A stretch of 20,894 bases of DNA, from positions 62,001 through 82,894 of the forward strand of contig JBFLGF010000045.1 in NCBI GenBank assembly GCA_050230475.1, written 5' to 3'. Position numbers and translations under genes: made by a program. Of this stretch, positions 20,226-20,894 are shown one piece after another; the stretch's first letter is position 1, and each line of letters begins with the position of its first letter. The notes under the pieces were generated by a model. The model did no database searches, had not been told where the DNA came from, and saw only the letters and a program-made list of their open reading frames with translations. Source of the DNA: Ancylonema sp. Taxonomy: Eukaryota.

Positions 20226-20598
20226 CTGAAAACCGTGGGACAATGATGACTCAGCATGACCGTACGAACTGCCAGCTCAGCACGTCACTCAGGCAGCTTT
20301 GGTTATTTTTGTTATCCCTTTCTTATACTATTCCGTTTGTACTGGACCCACTGTTTGGTTATACCAAGATAATCCTCTGCTGCCAGCGCCTGGCCACATC
20401 AGATACCCACAGAGGCTCAGCTACCAGCACCTCTGCTGTGGCCAGTTGTCATGCAGGGCCACATAACAGACCAACTGCCACCTGGCAGAGGACAGTGGCA
20501 TGGGCACAGACTATGCCTCGGTCGTAGGGCCCACAGACTGGGTGCGCCTGTGACCGTATTCTTCGCATTCAGGTAAGAGACCAAGACAGAGAAATCAC

Positions 20599-20894
20599 CT
20601 CTTTCAGCGAGGTGTGAGGCGCTGCTTTCTTCATTCCCAATTGCGCCACACCTCTCCAGCGCCTCCAGCTGATGAAGATAAAACTCCAGATTTGGTGGCG
20701 GGACAGGTGGGGCCGCACCACTGCCACCTGGAGGGCAATCGTCTCCCAGGCTATGACTAATCCGTGATTGGACGGGCAACACTTCATCATCGCGGCCCTC
20801 GTCATCTGCTCGCGTGGAGGCCTCTGCTGACCTCGGTTGCTCTGAAAGAGAATCTTCAGTCTGCGGTCTGACCGAGCGCATGAGATCGGCGGGG
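20599..20894 (-). CDS. Probable coding exon, acidic/Pro-rich, no recognised domain; splices in frame to the exon at 20225
   Basis: Frame open from the window edge (ATG at 20881). Donor AGAG|GTGATT at 20599/20598 is phase 1 and matches the phase-1 acceptor TTTTCAG| at 20226. Confidence 0.5.

Noticed and set aside
1..20894. Prokaryotic or viral systems (CRISPR, operons, defence islands)
   Set aside because: No repeat-spacer arrays; genes are spliced and eukaryote-specific.

Overview
Eukaryotic, intron-containing genomic DNA, most likely from a streptophyte green plant/alga (inferred from a plant-type ABC1K4 and plant-like UVSSA; species not determinable). No RNA genes, CRISPR arrays or recognisable transposons were seen. 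Left to right: (1) a multi-exon + strand gene with a spliced HMG box and at least one frame disruption (~84-4400); (2) a lower-GC intergenic stretch (~4400-6980); (3) a - strand gene whose large last exon encodes a degenerate KH domain plus four related RRM domains (6983 to ~10.9 kb); (4) head-to-head with it, UVSSA, present as an internally deleted copy followed by a second 5'-truncated copy; (5) a convergent ~15-exon ABC1/UbiB atypical kinase (ABC1K4/At2g39190-like) with exons 6-11 present twice. Both ~1.2-1.3 kb duplications are joined by exactly one N (12425, 16730) and are diverged mostly at synonymous sites or in linkers, so the window is probably a mosaic of diverged haplotypes/homeologues. 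The most interesting items are the KH + 4xRRM protein, the internally deleted UVSSA, the one-sided GC3 loss in one ABC1K copy, and the concentration of lesions in the two outer segments. All homology calls are from recalled family motifs, not database searches.
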